From contig JAPLUW010000001.1 in assembly GCA_026397405.1 (NCBI GenBank), forward strand, positions 171,138 to 235,137: a stretch of DNA of 64,000 nt, written 5' to 3'. A program made the translations under genes and the position numbers. Origin of the DNA: Candidatus Adlerbacteria bacterium (lineage in GTDB: Bacteria > Patescibacteriota > Minisyncoccia > Phycocordibacterales > SBAW01). Below the pieces are notes generated by a model. It ran no database searches. It was not told the DNA's origin and saw only the letters and a program-made list of their open reading frames with translations. This document shows positions 18,069 through 26,053 of this stretch, one piece after another; positions within the stretch are counted from its first letter, which is position 1, and each line of letters opens with the position of its first letter.

Positions 18069-18605
18069 TTACTTCTGCTTGTCGATCGGCCGGCAGGTCT
18101 CGTCGCCGGTGCCGGCGTGCATCTTGGTCTGGCCCGCCGGGCACACAGCCGGCGGCTTGGCGTCGGCTGTCTTGCCGACGCGCTTGGTGTCGAGTTCGAA
18201 CTGCTCGGCCATCTTGCTGAGCTTCTCGACACCGAAGCGCTTCCGGGCCTCGATAGCTCCCATCAGGAGCTTGAGGTCCGACTCGAGCAGCTCCCTGGTC
18301 GAATAGAACTTGTCCGCCCCGAGCAGGCCGAAGTGGAACTGGTCCAGCTTGGTGCCGTTGGTCTCGTTGGTAGGACAGACCTCCGACTTCACACGCAGCG
18401 ACTTGACCGTGTCCGGCCGGCCGAATACGTCCTTCGTCCAGTCGAGCACGGTCAGCTTGTGCTCGGTATAGGGGTCGCAGTCGGCAGCGAATGCCGGCGA
18501 CACGTCGACCATCGCCAGAAAGGCGATGGTCGCGAAGACGAGCCGGAGCGGCCTGCCCTCGAGATACTCCCGGACGCGCCCGATGGCGCCAATGAAGGTG
18601 TTCAT
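18069..18605 (-). CDS. Secreted Cys-containing hypothetical protein encoded by high-GC cassette C
   Basis: 178 aa; signal peptide ...LRLVFATIAFLAMVDVSPAFAADCDP; five Cys; approx 64% GC with GC3-rich codons, unlike flanking tatD and MFS genes. Confidence 0.6.
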   Translation of the reverse strand: MNTFIGAIGRVREYLEGRPLRLVFATIAFLAMVDVSPAFAADCDPYTEHKLTVLDWTKDVFGRPDTVKSLRVKSEVCPTNETNGTKLDQFHFGLLGADKFYSTRELLESDLKLLMGAIEARKRFGVEKLSKMAEQFELDTKRVGKTADAKPPAVCPAGQTKMHAGTGDETCRPIDKQK

Positions 18606-18633
18606 CTTTTTCTCTCCACATGTTGCAACGCGT

Positions 18634-18705
18634 AGGGCCGAAATAGCCCTTTAAACCGTTGATACTACCTCTACTATTATAGCACCCTTTGGTGCTACTT
18701 GTCAA
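18634..18705 (-). promoter_or_regulatory. Consensus sigma70 promoter (overlapping 3' end of tatD) with spacer palindrome and 5'-UTR hairpin driving cassette C
   Basis: Minus strand: -35 TTGACA (18705..18700, inside last codons of tatD), 18-nt spacer containing palindrome GCACC-aaag-GGTGC (18695..18682), -10 TATAAT (18681..18676); hairpin AGGGC-n7-GCCCT in UTR (18650..18634); RBS GGAGAG. Confidence 0.5.
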
Positions 18706-19543
18706 GTCTAAAAATACGCTTAGAATTAAGGATTATTTGGGCGGCCATCGCCTCTTCAGTAATACCTTTTATACCTGCCATGGCCTTTACCACTTCCTGC
18801 ACATGCATGGGTTCGTTGCGTTGGCCGCGAAATGGCACCGGCGTAATGTAGGGCGCATCGGTTTCTGTCAGCAACATGTCGAGCGGCGTATTTTTTACCA
18901 CCTCGTCGTAGTCATGGGTAAACGTAAGCACCCCGGTAAACGAAAGTGTAAAACCTAAATTTAAAAACTGTTGCGCAATGTCCCAGTTCCCTGCAAAAAA
19001 GTGCACGTCGCCCTGTACTTTGGCGTGTGTTTTTAAAATCTCGAGCGCGTCTTTGTATGCGTTTGCATCACTCCCGCTTTGGTGGGCTCCGTCGCGGATA
19101 TGCAGCATCAGTGGTTTACCCAACTTGTTTGCAAGTTCGATATGCTGCACAAAAACTTCCCTCTGGAGTTGTTTGGTGTCTTCTTCTAGCCGGTAATAAT
19201 CCAACCCGCATTCCCCTATCGCAATCACTCTGTCTGACTTTCCTAATTCTTCGTACGCAGCAAAATCAAATTTCTCACCTCTTGATGTAAATGCTTTCCC
19301 CTCCCCTCCCAATTCTTTTTCATCGTGGTACGACTTTGCTGTATGTACCGGGTGCAGCGCTACACTTGCATAGACGTCGCCCATTTCTTTTTCTGCACAT
19401 TCTACTGCTGCACGCGAAGTGTCCAACTGGGTTCCAACCAAGTTCATCCCAACTTCTGCTTCGCGAGCACGCACAAACACCTCGTCCCGGTCTGCGTCGT
19501 ATGCAGCAAACTGCACGTGCGTATGTGCATCAAAATATTTCAC
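18695..19543 (-). CDS. tatD: TatD-family metal-dependent DNase/hydrolase
   Basis: Probable GTG start (VKYFDAHTHVQF...); HxH, GECGLDY, LHIRDA and ETDAPY motifs of TatD family. Confidence 0.8.
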   Translation of the reverse strand: MKYFDAHTHVQFAAYDADRDEVFVRAREAEVGMNLVGTQLDTSRAAVECAEKEMGDVYASVALHPVHTAKSYHDEKELGGEGKAFTSRGEKFDFAAYEELGKSDRVIAIGECGLDYYRLEEDTKQLQREVFVQHIELANKLGKPLMLHIRDGAHQSGSDANAYKDALEILKTHAKVQGDVHFFAGNWDIAQQFLNLGFTLSFTGVLTFTHDYDEVVKNTPLDMLLTETDAPYITPVPFRGQRNEPMHVQEVVKAMAGIKGITEEAMAAQIILNSKRIFRLDK

Positions 19544-19544
19544 A

Positions 19545-20987
19545 CTAGTCTTTACGCGCAAACAGGTTCTCCGGTTTTTTGTTTGCCACAACTGCGGCTT
19601 TTATTTTTTCTGACGTCTCAGGCATAAACGGGTTTAACATGCGGGCAATAGAATAAAGTTCTTGTGTTAGGTCGAAGATAATTTTCTTTGCTTGTTCGGG
19701 CTCTGTTTTTATAAGTTTAAACGGCTCGGTTTCTGTAATAGTGCGGTCGAGTGCTTGTACTTTTGTAAACACAAAGTCGAGCGCTTTGTGTACTTCAAAA
19801 CTCTCAAGCGCGTGCGTGTATTCTTCCTCAAACCCGGCAGGCTCCGGCCGTGTTCCTACATCTAAATGTTTTTCCGCCAATGTCATAATACGGGCCGAAA
19901 GGTTCCCTAGCCCGTTTGCCAAATTGGCATTATAAATTTCTTTAAAACTCTCTCGTGTTATGTCGCCGTCTTCAAACGGTGTTATGTGGCGCGCCAAAAA
20001 ATACCGCACCGCTTCACCGCCATACTCTTCTATAAGTTCTTCCGGGTCGATAATATTACCGAGCGTTTTGGACATCTTTTTACCACCTGACGTGATAAAC
20101 CCGTGTACAAGCAACGACTTTGGCAGCGGCACCCCGGCCGAAAGTAACATCCCCGGCCAGATTGCCGCATGGAAGCGCAAAATATCTTTGCCTATAACAT
20201 GCACGTTTGCAGGCCAAAATTCTTTGTACAACACTTCATCCTGTCCGTAGCCTAGGGCTGTTACGTAGTTGGCAAGCGCGTCGCACCACACGTACATTAC
20301 CTGGCTGTCATCGCCCGGCACGGGTATACCCAAACCTTGCGGCCACGCGGCTTTGCGCGGGCGCGAAAAACTTACATCTTCAAGGCCTTCGTTTTGTATA
20401 AACGAAAGGATCTCATGTTTGCGGCTTTCCGGCACAATACGAAACTCGTCCGTTTCTATTTTCTCTTGTATCTGTGGAGCATATTTTGAAAGACGGAAGA
20501 AGTAATTTTCCTCTTTAATGAATTCGGGCACCGTGCCGTGGTCGGGGCATTTTCCGTCAACCAAATCTTTTTCAGTAATAAATGCTTCGTGGCCCACACA
20601 GTACAGACCTTCATATGCTTTTTTATAGATGTCCCCCGCAGCAACAAGTTTCTGCCACAATGCTTGGGCGCCTGGCCAATGTTTTTTCTGGTCAGTGGTG
20701 CGGATAAATTGGTCATATGAAATGTCGAGGCCTTTGTAGAGCGAGGCAAAATTTTCGACAATACCGTCCAAAAATACCAATGGTTCTTTCCCCTCTTTTA
20801 CTGCCGAGTCCACCATTTTTTGTGTATTCTCGTCCGAGCCGGTTAAAAAATATACGTGGTCACCTACTAGGCGATGGTAGCGGGCAATAATGTCGGAGAG
20901 CGTTGTTGTATATGCATGGCCCAAATGCAATTTTGCGTTCGGGTAAAAAATTGGTGTGGTTATATAAAACGGTTTCTTTTCGGACAT
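19545..20987 (-). CDS. metG: Methionyl-tRNA synthetase (short form)
   Basis: 480 aa; class I HIGH (PIFYPNAKLHLGHAYT) and KMSKS (KMSKTLGN) motifs. Confidence 0.9.
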   Translation of the reverse strand: MSEKKPFYITTPIFYPNAKLHLGHAYTTTLSDIIARYHRLVGDHVYFLTGSDENTQKMVDSAVKEGKEPLVFLDGIVENFASLYKGLDISYDQFIRTTDQKKHWPGAQALWQKLVAAGDIYKKAYEGLYCVGHEAFITEKDLVDGKCPDHGTVPEFIKEENYFFRLSKYAPQIQEKIETDEFRIVPESRKHEILSFIQNEGLEDVSFSRPRKAAWPQGLGIPVPGDDSQVMYVWCDALANYVTALGYGQDEVLYKEFWPANVHVIGKDILRFHAAIWPGMLLSAGVPLPKSLLVHGFITSGGKKMSKTLGNIIDPEELIEEYGGEAVRYFLARHITPFEDGDITRESFKEIYNANLANGLGNLSARIMTLAEKHLDVGTRPEPAGFEEEYTHALESFEVHKALDFVFTKVQALDRTITETEPFKLIKTEPEQAKKIIFDLTQELYSIARMLNPFMPETSEKIKAAVVANKKPENLFARKD

Positions 20988-20996
20988 GTATTAAAA

Positions 20997-22073
20997 CTAC
21001 TTTGCTGCGCCGTTGTCTGCAAGGCCTTGTTTTGCAAGCGCCCGCTTTTTTTCGCGGTCGATGTCGGCGACATATTCCTGTATTGCGCCAGCAATTGGGA
21101 CCGAAAGTAACACACCCAAAAATCCCACTAGTTTAAAGCCAATGAGTAATGAGAGGATAACCAGCAGCGGCGGTACGCCCACCACTTTTTTAACAACCAC
21201 GGGATAAATTAAATGTGCCTCAAACTGCTGCACAATGGTGTAGAGGCCTGCAATAAGAAGCGCTTCTGTGACACCGCCCGTAGTAAAGCCAATTGCAATT
21301 GCAGGTATCATCGCCAAAATTTGGCCGAACACAGGAATAAGCTCAAACACAGCCGCAAGCAGGGCGAGCAGCAGCGCATGTTGTACACCCAAAATTAGGA
21401 GCCCTAAGTAGAGCAGCACGCCGACAATAACCGCGAGTATAAGCTGCCCTTGCATCCACTTCCCTATTTTTTCTTGCGAGCGGCGCCACAAGTTTAAGAC
21501 ATAGGCCTGCTCTTTTATCGGGGTGATAACGCGCAAAAAGTCGTCGACACCAGTTTCCTGCACTGAAAAATAAAACGAAAACACAACTATCAAAATAAAT
21601 GACGTAACCCCGCCAAAGAAAGCGGACAGTGCATTGAACGCGCCACCTGTTGAGTCTTGGAGCGAGATAGAAAGGTTTTGCAACACATTTGCCGAGGAAA
21701 GTGTGTCGCTGACGTTACCCCACGGAAGCAGGCCGTGCGTCGCATCGGAAATATTTAAATTAGAAAGTGTCGTCGGGAGCTGTGTCAGGAAATTTGCCGC
21801 GTCGCTCAAAATCGGCGGGATAAAGAAAAAGAGTACACCAAAAAATGTACCTATCACCACAAGGTAAATGGTGAGTACCGACAGCAGACGCGGGAACTTA
21901 CGCTTCATCAGGCCGTGTACACCTGGCTCTATAGCCGAGGCAATAACAACAGCTGCAAGCACAATAAGCACTATGTCGCGCAAAAACCACAACAAGGCTA
22001 CAAGCGTCAGAAAAAGAATCGTTTTTATGATGCTTCCCGACGTGATGTGGACGTTTATATCACGGTCTGCCAT
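20997..22073 (-). CDS. AI-2E family (PerM/UPF0118) transporter
   Basis: Start placed at MADRDINV; eight predicted TMS with characteristic large first loop. Confidence 0.7.
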   Translation of the reverse strand: MADRDINVHITSGSIIKTILFLTLVALLWFLRDIVLIVLAAVVIASAIEPGVHGLMKRKFPRLLSVLTIYLVVIGTFFGVLFFFIPPILSDAANFLTQLPTTLSNLNISDATHGLLPWGNVSDTLSSANVLQNLSISLQDSTGGAFNALSAFFGGVTSFILIVVFSFYFSVQETGVDDFLRVITPIKEQAYVLNLWRRSQEKIGKWMQGQLILAVIVGVLLYLGLLILGVQHALLLALLAAVFELIPVFGQILAMIPAIAIGFTTGGVTEALLIAGLYTIVQQFEAHLIYPVVVKKVVGVPPLLVILSLLIGFKLVGFLGVLLSVPIAGAIQEYVADIDREKKRALAKQGLADNGAAK

Positions 22074-22091
22074 AGGCCAAATATAGCACAA

Positions 22092-23498
22092 TTAGGAGTT
22101 TATTTGGTTTTTGATGAACGCAGCCAAGTCAGAAACTGCCATGCGCTCTTGCTCGCCGGTGTCGCGGTGGCGCACAGTTACCGTGTCTTTTAATTCAGGT
22201 TTTTCTCCCAAGGTGTCAAAGTCGACAGTAATGCACCACGGCGTGCCAATTTCGTCCTGCCTGCGGTACCGCTTGCCGATGTTGCCGTTATCGTCCCACA
22301 TAATTTGTGGAATTTCTTTTTTAAGCGCCACGTACACTTCACGCGCTTTTTCTACCAATTCTGGTTTGTTTTTGAGCAATGGAAATACTGCCGCCTTTAC
22401 AGGAGCCACGTGTGGAGCAAGTTTCAATACCACACGCGTCTCCCCTTCCATTTCGTCTTCGTGGTACGCATCACACAATACTGCAAGGAAGACACGCCCC
22501 ATACCCATTGATGTTTCAAGAATCCACGGTATGTACTTCTCGGCCGTAGCAGGGTCGGTATATCGCAAATCAACACCGGAGAATTTCATATGTTGAGAAA
22601 GGTCATAGTCAGTACGGTCATGGATACCCTCAACCTCGTCGAACCCTGAAGGAAATTCATACTCAATATCCCATGCATCTTTTGCATAAAAAACAAGATT
22701 TTCGTGCTGCTTAAATCGCAGTTTTTTCTCACTGATACCGAGCGAAAGATACCAGTTCAGGCGTTCTTGTTTTAGCGCTTCGTACGCATTTTTATTTTCG
22801 TTTGGACGTATAAAAAGCTGCGTATCCGCTTGCTCAAACTCACGAGTTCGAAAGAGAAAGTTACGCGGCGAAATTTCATTACGAAACGCCTTACCTATTT
22901 GTGCAATGCCAAACGGAATCTTTGGCTGCATAGTGTCGACGATATTTTTATAGTCGAGATAAATACCCTGACATGCCTCCCCAGGCAAATATACAGGCTC
23001 ACTTCCCTCCGACGTAAAATCACCGAGGTTACTTTTTACCAGCAAATTAAAAGCGCGTGCGCGGGTAAAATCTTTTTTACCACATACAGGGCATTTGATT
23101 TTGTCGCGATACTGGTCAAACAAAGCATTAATTGAATCTTCGGACATTTTTTCATCCGCTTCAACATTAAGAGCTCCTAGTTCTTTGTCGACGCGAATAC
23201 GCGCGTGGCAGTTACGACATTCTGCAAGAGGGTCTGCAAAACCACCCACATGACCGCTTGCCTCCCATACTTTCGGATGTTTGAACATCCCAGCATCAAG
23301 ACCAAAATAATTTTCTTTACTATAAACGTTGGCATTCCACCACGACTTTTTTATATTGTTTAAAAGCTCTACACCTCGGGGACCAAAATCATAAATTCCC
23401 GCCAAGCCGCCGTAAATTTCTGAACCTTGGTATACAAAACCGCGTCGCTTGCACAGCGAGACTATTTTTTCCATCACGTTTTGTTCTTTTTCAGACAT
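22092..23498 (-). CDS. glyQS: Glycyl-tRNA synthetase (class II, homodimeric alpha2 type)
   Basis: 468 aa; RGFVYQGSEIYGGLAGIYDFGPRG and class II motifs; C-terminal anticodon-binding domain. Confidence 0.9.
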   Translation of the reverse strand: MSEKEQNVMEKIVSLCKRRGFVYQGSEIYGGLAGIYDFGPRGVELLNNIKKSWWNANVYSKENYFGLDAGMFKHPKVWEASGHVGGFADPLAECRNCHARIRVDKELGALNVEADEKMSEDSINALFDQYRDKIKCPVCGKKDFTRARAFNLLVKSNLGDFTSEGSEPVYLPGEACQGIYLDYKNIVDTMQPKIPFGIAQIGKAFRNEISPRNFLFRTREFEQADTQLFIRPNENKNAYEALKQERLNWYLSLGISEKKLRFKQHENLVFYAKDAWDIEYEFPSGFDEVEGIHDRTDYDLSQHMKFSGVDLRYTDPATAEKYIPWILETSMGMGRVFLAVLCDAYHEDEMEGETRVVLKLAPHVAPVKAAVFPLLKNKPELVEKAREVYVALKKEIPQIMWDDNGNIGKRYRRQDEIGTPWCITVDFDTLGEKPELKDTVTVRHRDTGEQERMAVSDLAAFIKNQINS

Positions 23499-23504
23499 AG
23501 AAAA

Positions 23505-25451
23505 TTACTGTTTTGGGGCGACCTGGCCCATGCCATCGGTAAATCCAGTTTCTTGTAGTGCTGTGGTTGGCCCTGCAGCAGTCGCCTGTACACCAACTTG
23601 TGCGAATCTATCTTGGCCCGAGAGGGTCGCTGGGCTCGTCAATGCCGGGGTCTGCCCTACTTGAGACAAGCTGGCAGAAAGCCCTACTTGGAACTGTACG
23701 GTGCGAGTAGGTGCAGAATACCCCGCCCCCGCTTTAATGTCACCAAGAGCCCACGTCACCGTACGGCTTGGCCCGTCGTAGGTAACACCACTCCCTGCAG
23801 GTGCCGCGATAAACGTAACGTACGGCGGCAGCGTTGCCGAGACGACTCCGTTTGCAATAGTATTTGAAGAATTCGTGACCGTCCAGGCGACAGTGTACGA
23901 CGTGCGCTGGTCGGCAACTGGCGGCATAGGCCCCACATTTTGCAGCGAGCCGCTAAAATGCAGCGCCTTGGCAGTGAGGGCAACTATAGACGACACAAGC
24001 AGCTGAGTTGTTGCCGCAGAAGACACCGTTTGCGGCACGTTGTCTTGGCCCTGTCTCACTCCTTTTATTTTAAGCGCGAGGTCGATGGTCGGGTTCGAAT
24101 AGAGCGTGCCTCCGGTTGCCGTTGGGAGGGTGGTAAAAGTAAACGTCAATGTACCAGTGCCTCCGGGCGGCACCGACGCCAATGCAGCCTCTTGGTCTTT
24201 TGACCACGTAATAGTGGAATTAGCCGACTGATAAAAACCGTTTTGGGAAAGGACCGAACCTGTGTCGAGCATTGGCCCCGACAACGACAGTGTTGCCTCA
24301 ACATTGGAAACAGAGTCGGGTAAATTGTTTGTCCAGGTGATAATTCCTTGCATTAAACCTCCTGGTGTAACCGCAATAGTTTTATTTGTTTTGCCGTTAA
24401 CCGCAATGTCTGCGCTGATAAATGCGCGCCGCACCGTAAGGGTTTGCGGCACCGAGAGGAACGGGACTTTTATCTGCGTGTCGGTTTGGTCAGAATCGGA
24501 GCCACCTAAAAAGTAAAAAACTCGGGCGTCGCCGTCTTGACCGTCTATAGTTCCCACAATGTGTATCGTTTTAGATACTCCCGGCGACATAGTCCCCAAC
24601 CGCCACACCGTTCCCCCGGCAACCGGAGCAGGAGCCGCTTTTGCAATCGTAAACCCAAACGGGTACTGTGCCTGGATTACCACATCACTAACCGGAGTAA
24701 GTGCATTGCTCTGCACCGTTAGGTCCATAGCAAATTGCTGGCCGGCAATTGCCTCGCTTGGTGCCGACACGTTAATAGAAATCGGCGACGAGCCCACTGT
24801 AAAATGAGTGGAGGCCTCTTTTTCAAACACAGCATTAGACCCTTCGATACTGTACTGGAGGCTTATAGTTACGTCCTGCGGCGTCCCTTCCTGGCCATAA
24901 AAAATTGCTTGCGCAGTGCGGGTTAATTGCTGACCCGCAGCTATGGAACCAATAGACACCCTGTCGTGTGTCAGTCCTTGCGAAGGAGCGAGAGGGTCAC
25001 GTGTACCTACGGGGTAGTTAATAATGAGGTCGACTAGTTTTAGGTTTGCTTGGTTGCGATTGTTAATGAGTACTTGCAGTGTCGTTGCCTTACCACCGTC
25101 AACAACCGACGGCATCACTACTTGCAGGTCAATATTTTGCGGCGAAATACTCCCTCCGCCGACAAACAACATGTATGCAGCAGCAGCAGCGGCAATACAA
25201 AAAAATACAACCGAGCCGATGAAGAATTTTGTCGTAAACGACATGCCTGGTTTTTTTATACGTGGGGTCAATGTGTATGTTTGGGCAGGTGCGTGGGTGG
25301 GAGTTTCAACAGGCTCAGTCCAATGAGAGGCTGTATGGACGTCACTAAACGTCAAAGGTGTACGTTCTGCCGTGTCCACAGTAGGCGCGTCTTTCCTTGA
25401 ATAGAGCGCGGTCTTAAGGCCGTCGATGGAGTCTTTTTTTTCGGCCGCCAT
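23505..25451 (-). CDS. Hypothetical single-pass membrane protein with large extracellular beta-rich domain
   Basis: Start placed at MAAEKKDSIDG to avoid overlap with recO; TM helix FFIGSVVFFCIAAAAAAYMLFV; ~550 aa extracellular region of unknown fold. Confidence 0.5.
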   Translation of the reverse strand: MAAEKKDSIDGLKTALYSRKDAPTVDTAERTPLTFSDVHTASHWTEPVETPTHAPAQTYTLTPRIKKPGMSFTTKFFIGSVVFFCIAAAAAAYMLFVGGGSISPQNIDLQVVMPSVVDGGKATTLQVLINNRNQANLKLVDLIINYPVGTRDPLAPSQGLTHDRVSIGSIAAGQQLTRTAQAIFYGQEGTPQDVTISLQYSIEGSNAVFEKEASTHFTVGSSPISINVSAPSEAIAGQQFAMDLTVQSNALTPVSDVVIQAQYPFGFTIAKAAPAPVAGGTVWRLGTMSPGVSKTIHIVGTIDGQDGDARVFYFLGGSDSDQTDTQIKVPFLSVPQTLTVRRAFISADIAVNGKTNKTIAVTPGGLMQGIITWTNNLPDSVSNVEATLSLSGPMLDTGSVLSQNGFYQSANSTITWSKDQEAALASVPPGGTGTLTFTFTTLPTATGGTLYSNPTIDLALKIKGVRQGQDNVPQTVSSAATTQLLVSSIVALTAKALHFSGSLQNVGPMPPVADQRTSYTVAWTVTNSSNTIANGVVSATLPPYVTFIAAPAGSGVTYDGPSRTVTWALGDIKAGAGYSAPTRTVQFQVGLSASLSQVGQTPALTSPATLSGQDRFAQVGVQATAAGPTTALQETGFTDGMGQVAPKQ

Positions 25452-25470
25452 TCCAGAAGTATACAATACC

Positions 25471-26052
25471 CTACAGTCCGCTTGCCCCGAGAGACTCATT
25501 AATAACGCGTATAAGCGCCGGACGGAGCGCCCGCGCTTCTGTAGTTACCGTAGGAGAAAATTCATTGTTTGCAACAAACGGCATACTTATTTCAGTCTGT
25601 TCCAAATATCCCAAATGCGAAAGCACGCGCAGTACAAGTACGCATTCTGCATTCTCAATCTCTGCCTCATCCAAACCCCCTGCCATATACGCAAACCCTC
25701 CACGCACAGTTGTATACAATTCTGGCACTGGCTCTTCCCCGTTAATAAGCCGCAGAAGCAAACGTGCAACACGACCCGATGCCCGACGCTGTAAAAGTGT
25801 CTGTCCAAAATACGCACGCGACAACTGCTCGACACCGGTTAACTTCCATTCATAGCGACCACGCAGCATGGCAAACCTACCCTGCGTCAGGGGCTCCAGC
25901 CCGTAGCGCAACTTCGAATGTTCAACACGGGCCGAACGAGCCGACGCACGCACCAGCCCCACATCTTTCGTTAGGAGAAAGATACTCGTATTGGCCTCAC
26001 CAATACCACGCTTCCCAAGCACTATGCCGTCTGTTGCGACAATGGTATGCAT
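25471..26052 (-). CDS. recO: DNA repair protein RecO (short form)
   Basis: 193 aa; N-terminal OB-fold region DGIVLGKRGIGEANTSIFLLTKDVGLV...GRFAMLRGRYEWKLTGVEQL typical of RecO. Confidence 0.7.
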   Translation of the reverse strand: MHTIVATDGIVLGKRGIGEANTSIFLLTKDVGLVRASARSARVEHSKLRYGLEPLTQGRFAMLRGRYEWKLTGVEQLSRAYFGQTLLQRRASGRVARLLLRLINGEEPVPELYTTVRGGFAYMAGGLDEAEIENAECVLVLRVLSHLGYLEQTEISMPFVANNEFSPTVTTEARALRPALIRVINESLGASGL

Positions 26053-26053
26053 C

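Noticed and set aside
17596-18705. 369-aa minus-strand ORF spanning MFS 5' end, cassette C and its promoter
   Set aside because: Arg/Pro-rich nonsense translation in an alternative frame of the high-GC cassette; GC-rich DNA generates long spurious ORFs.
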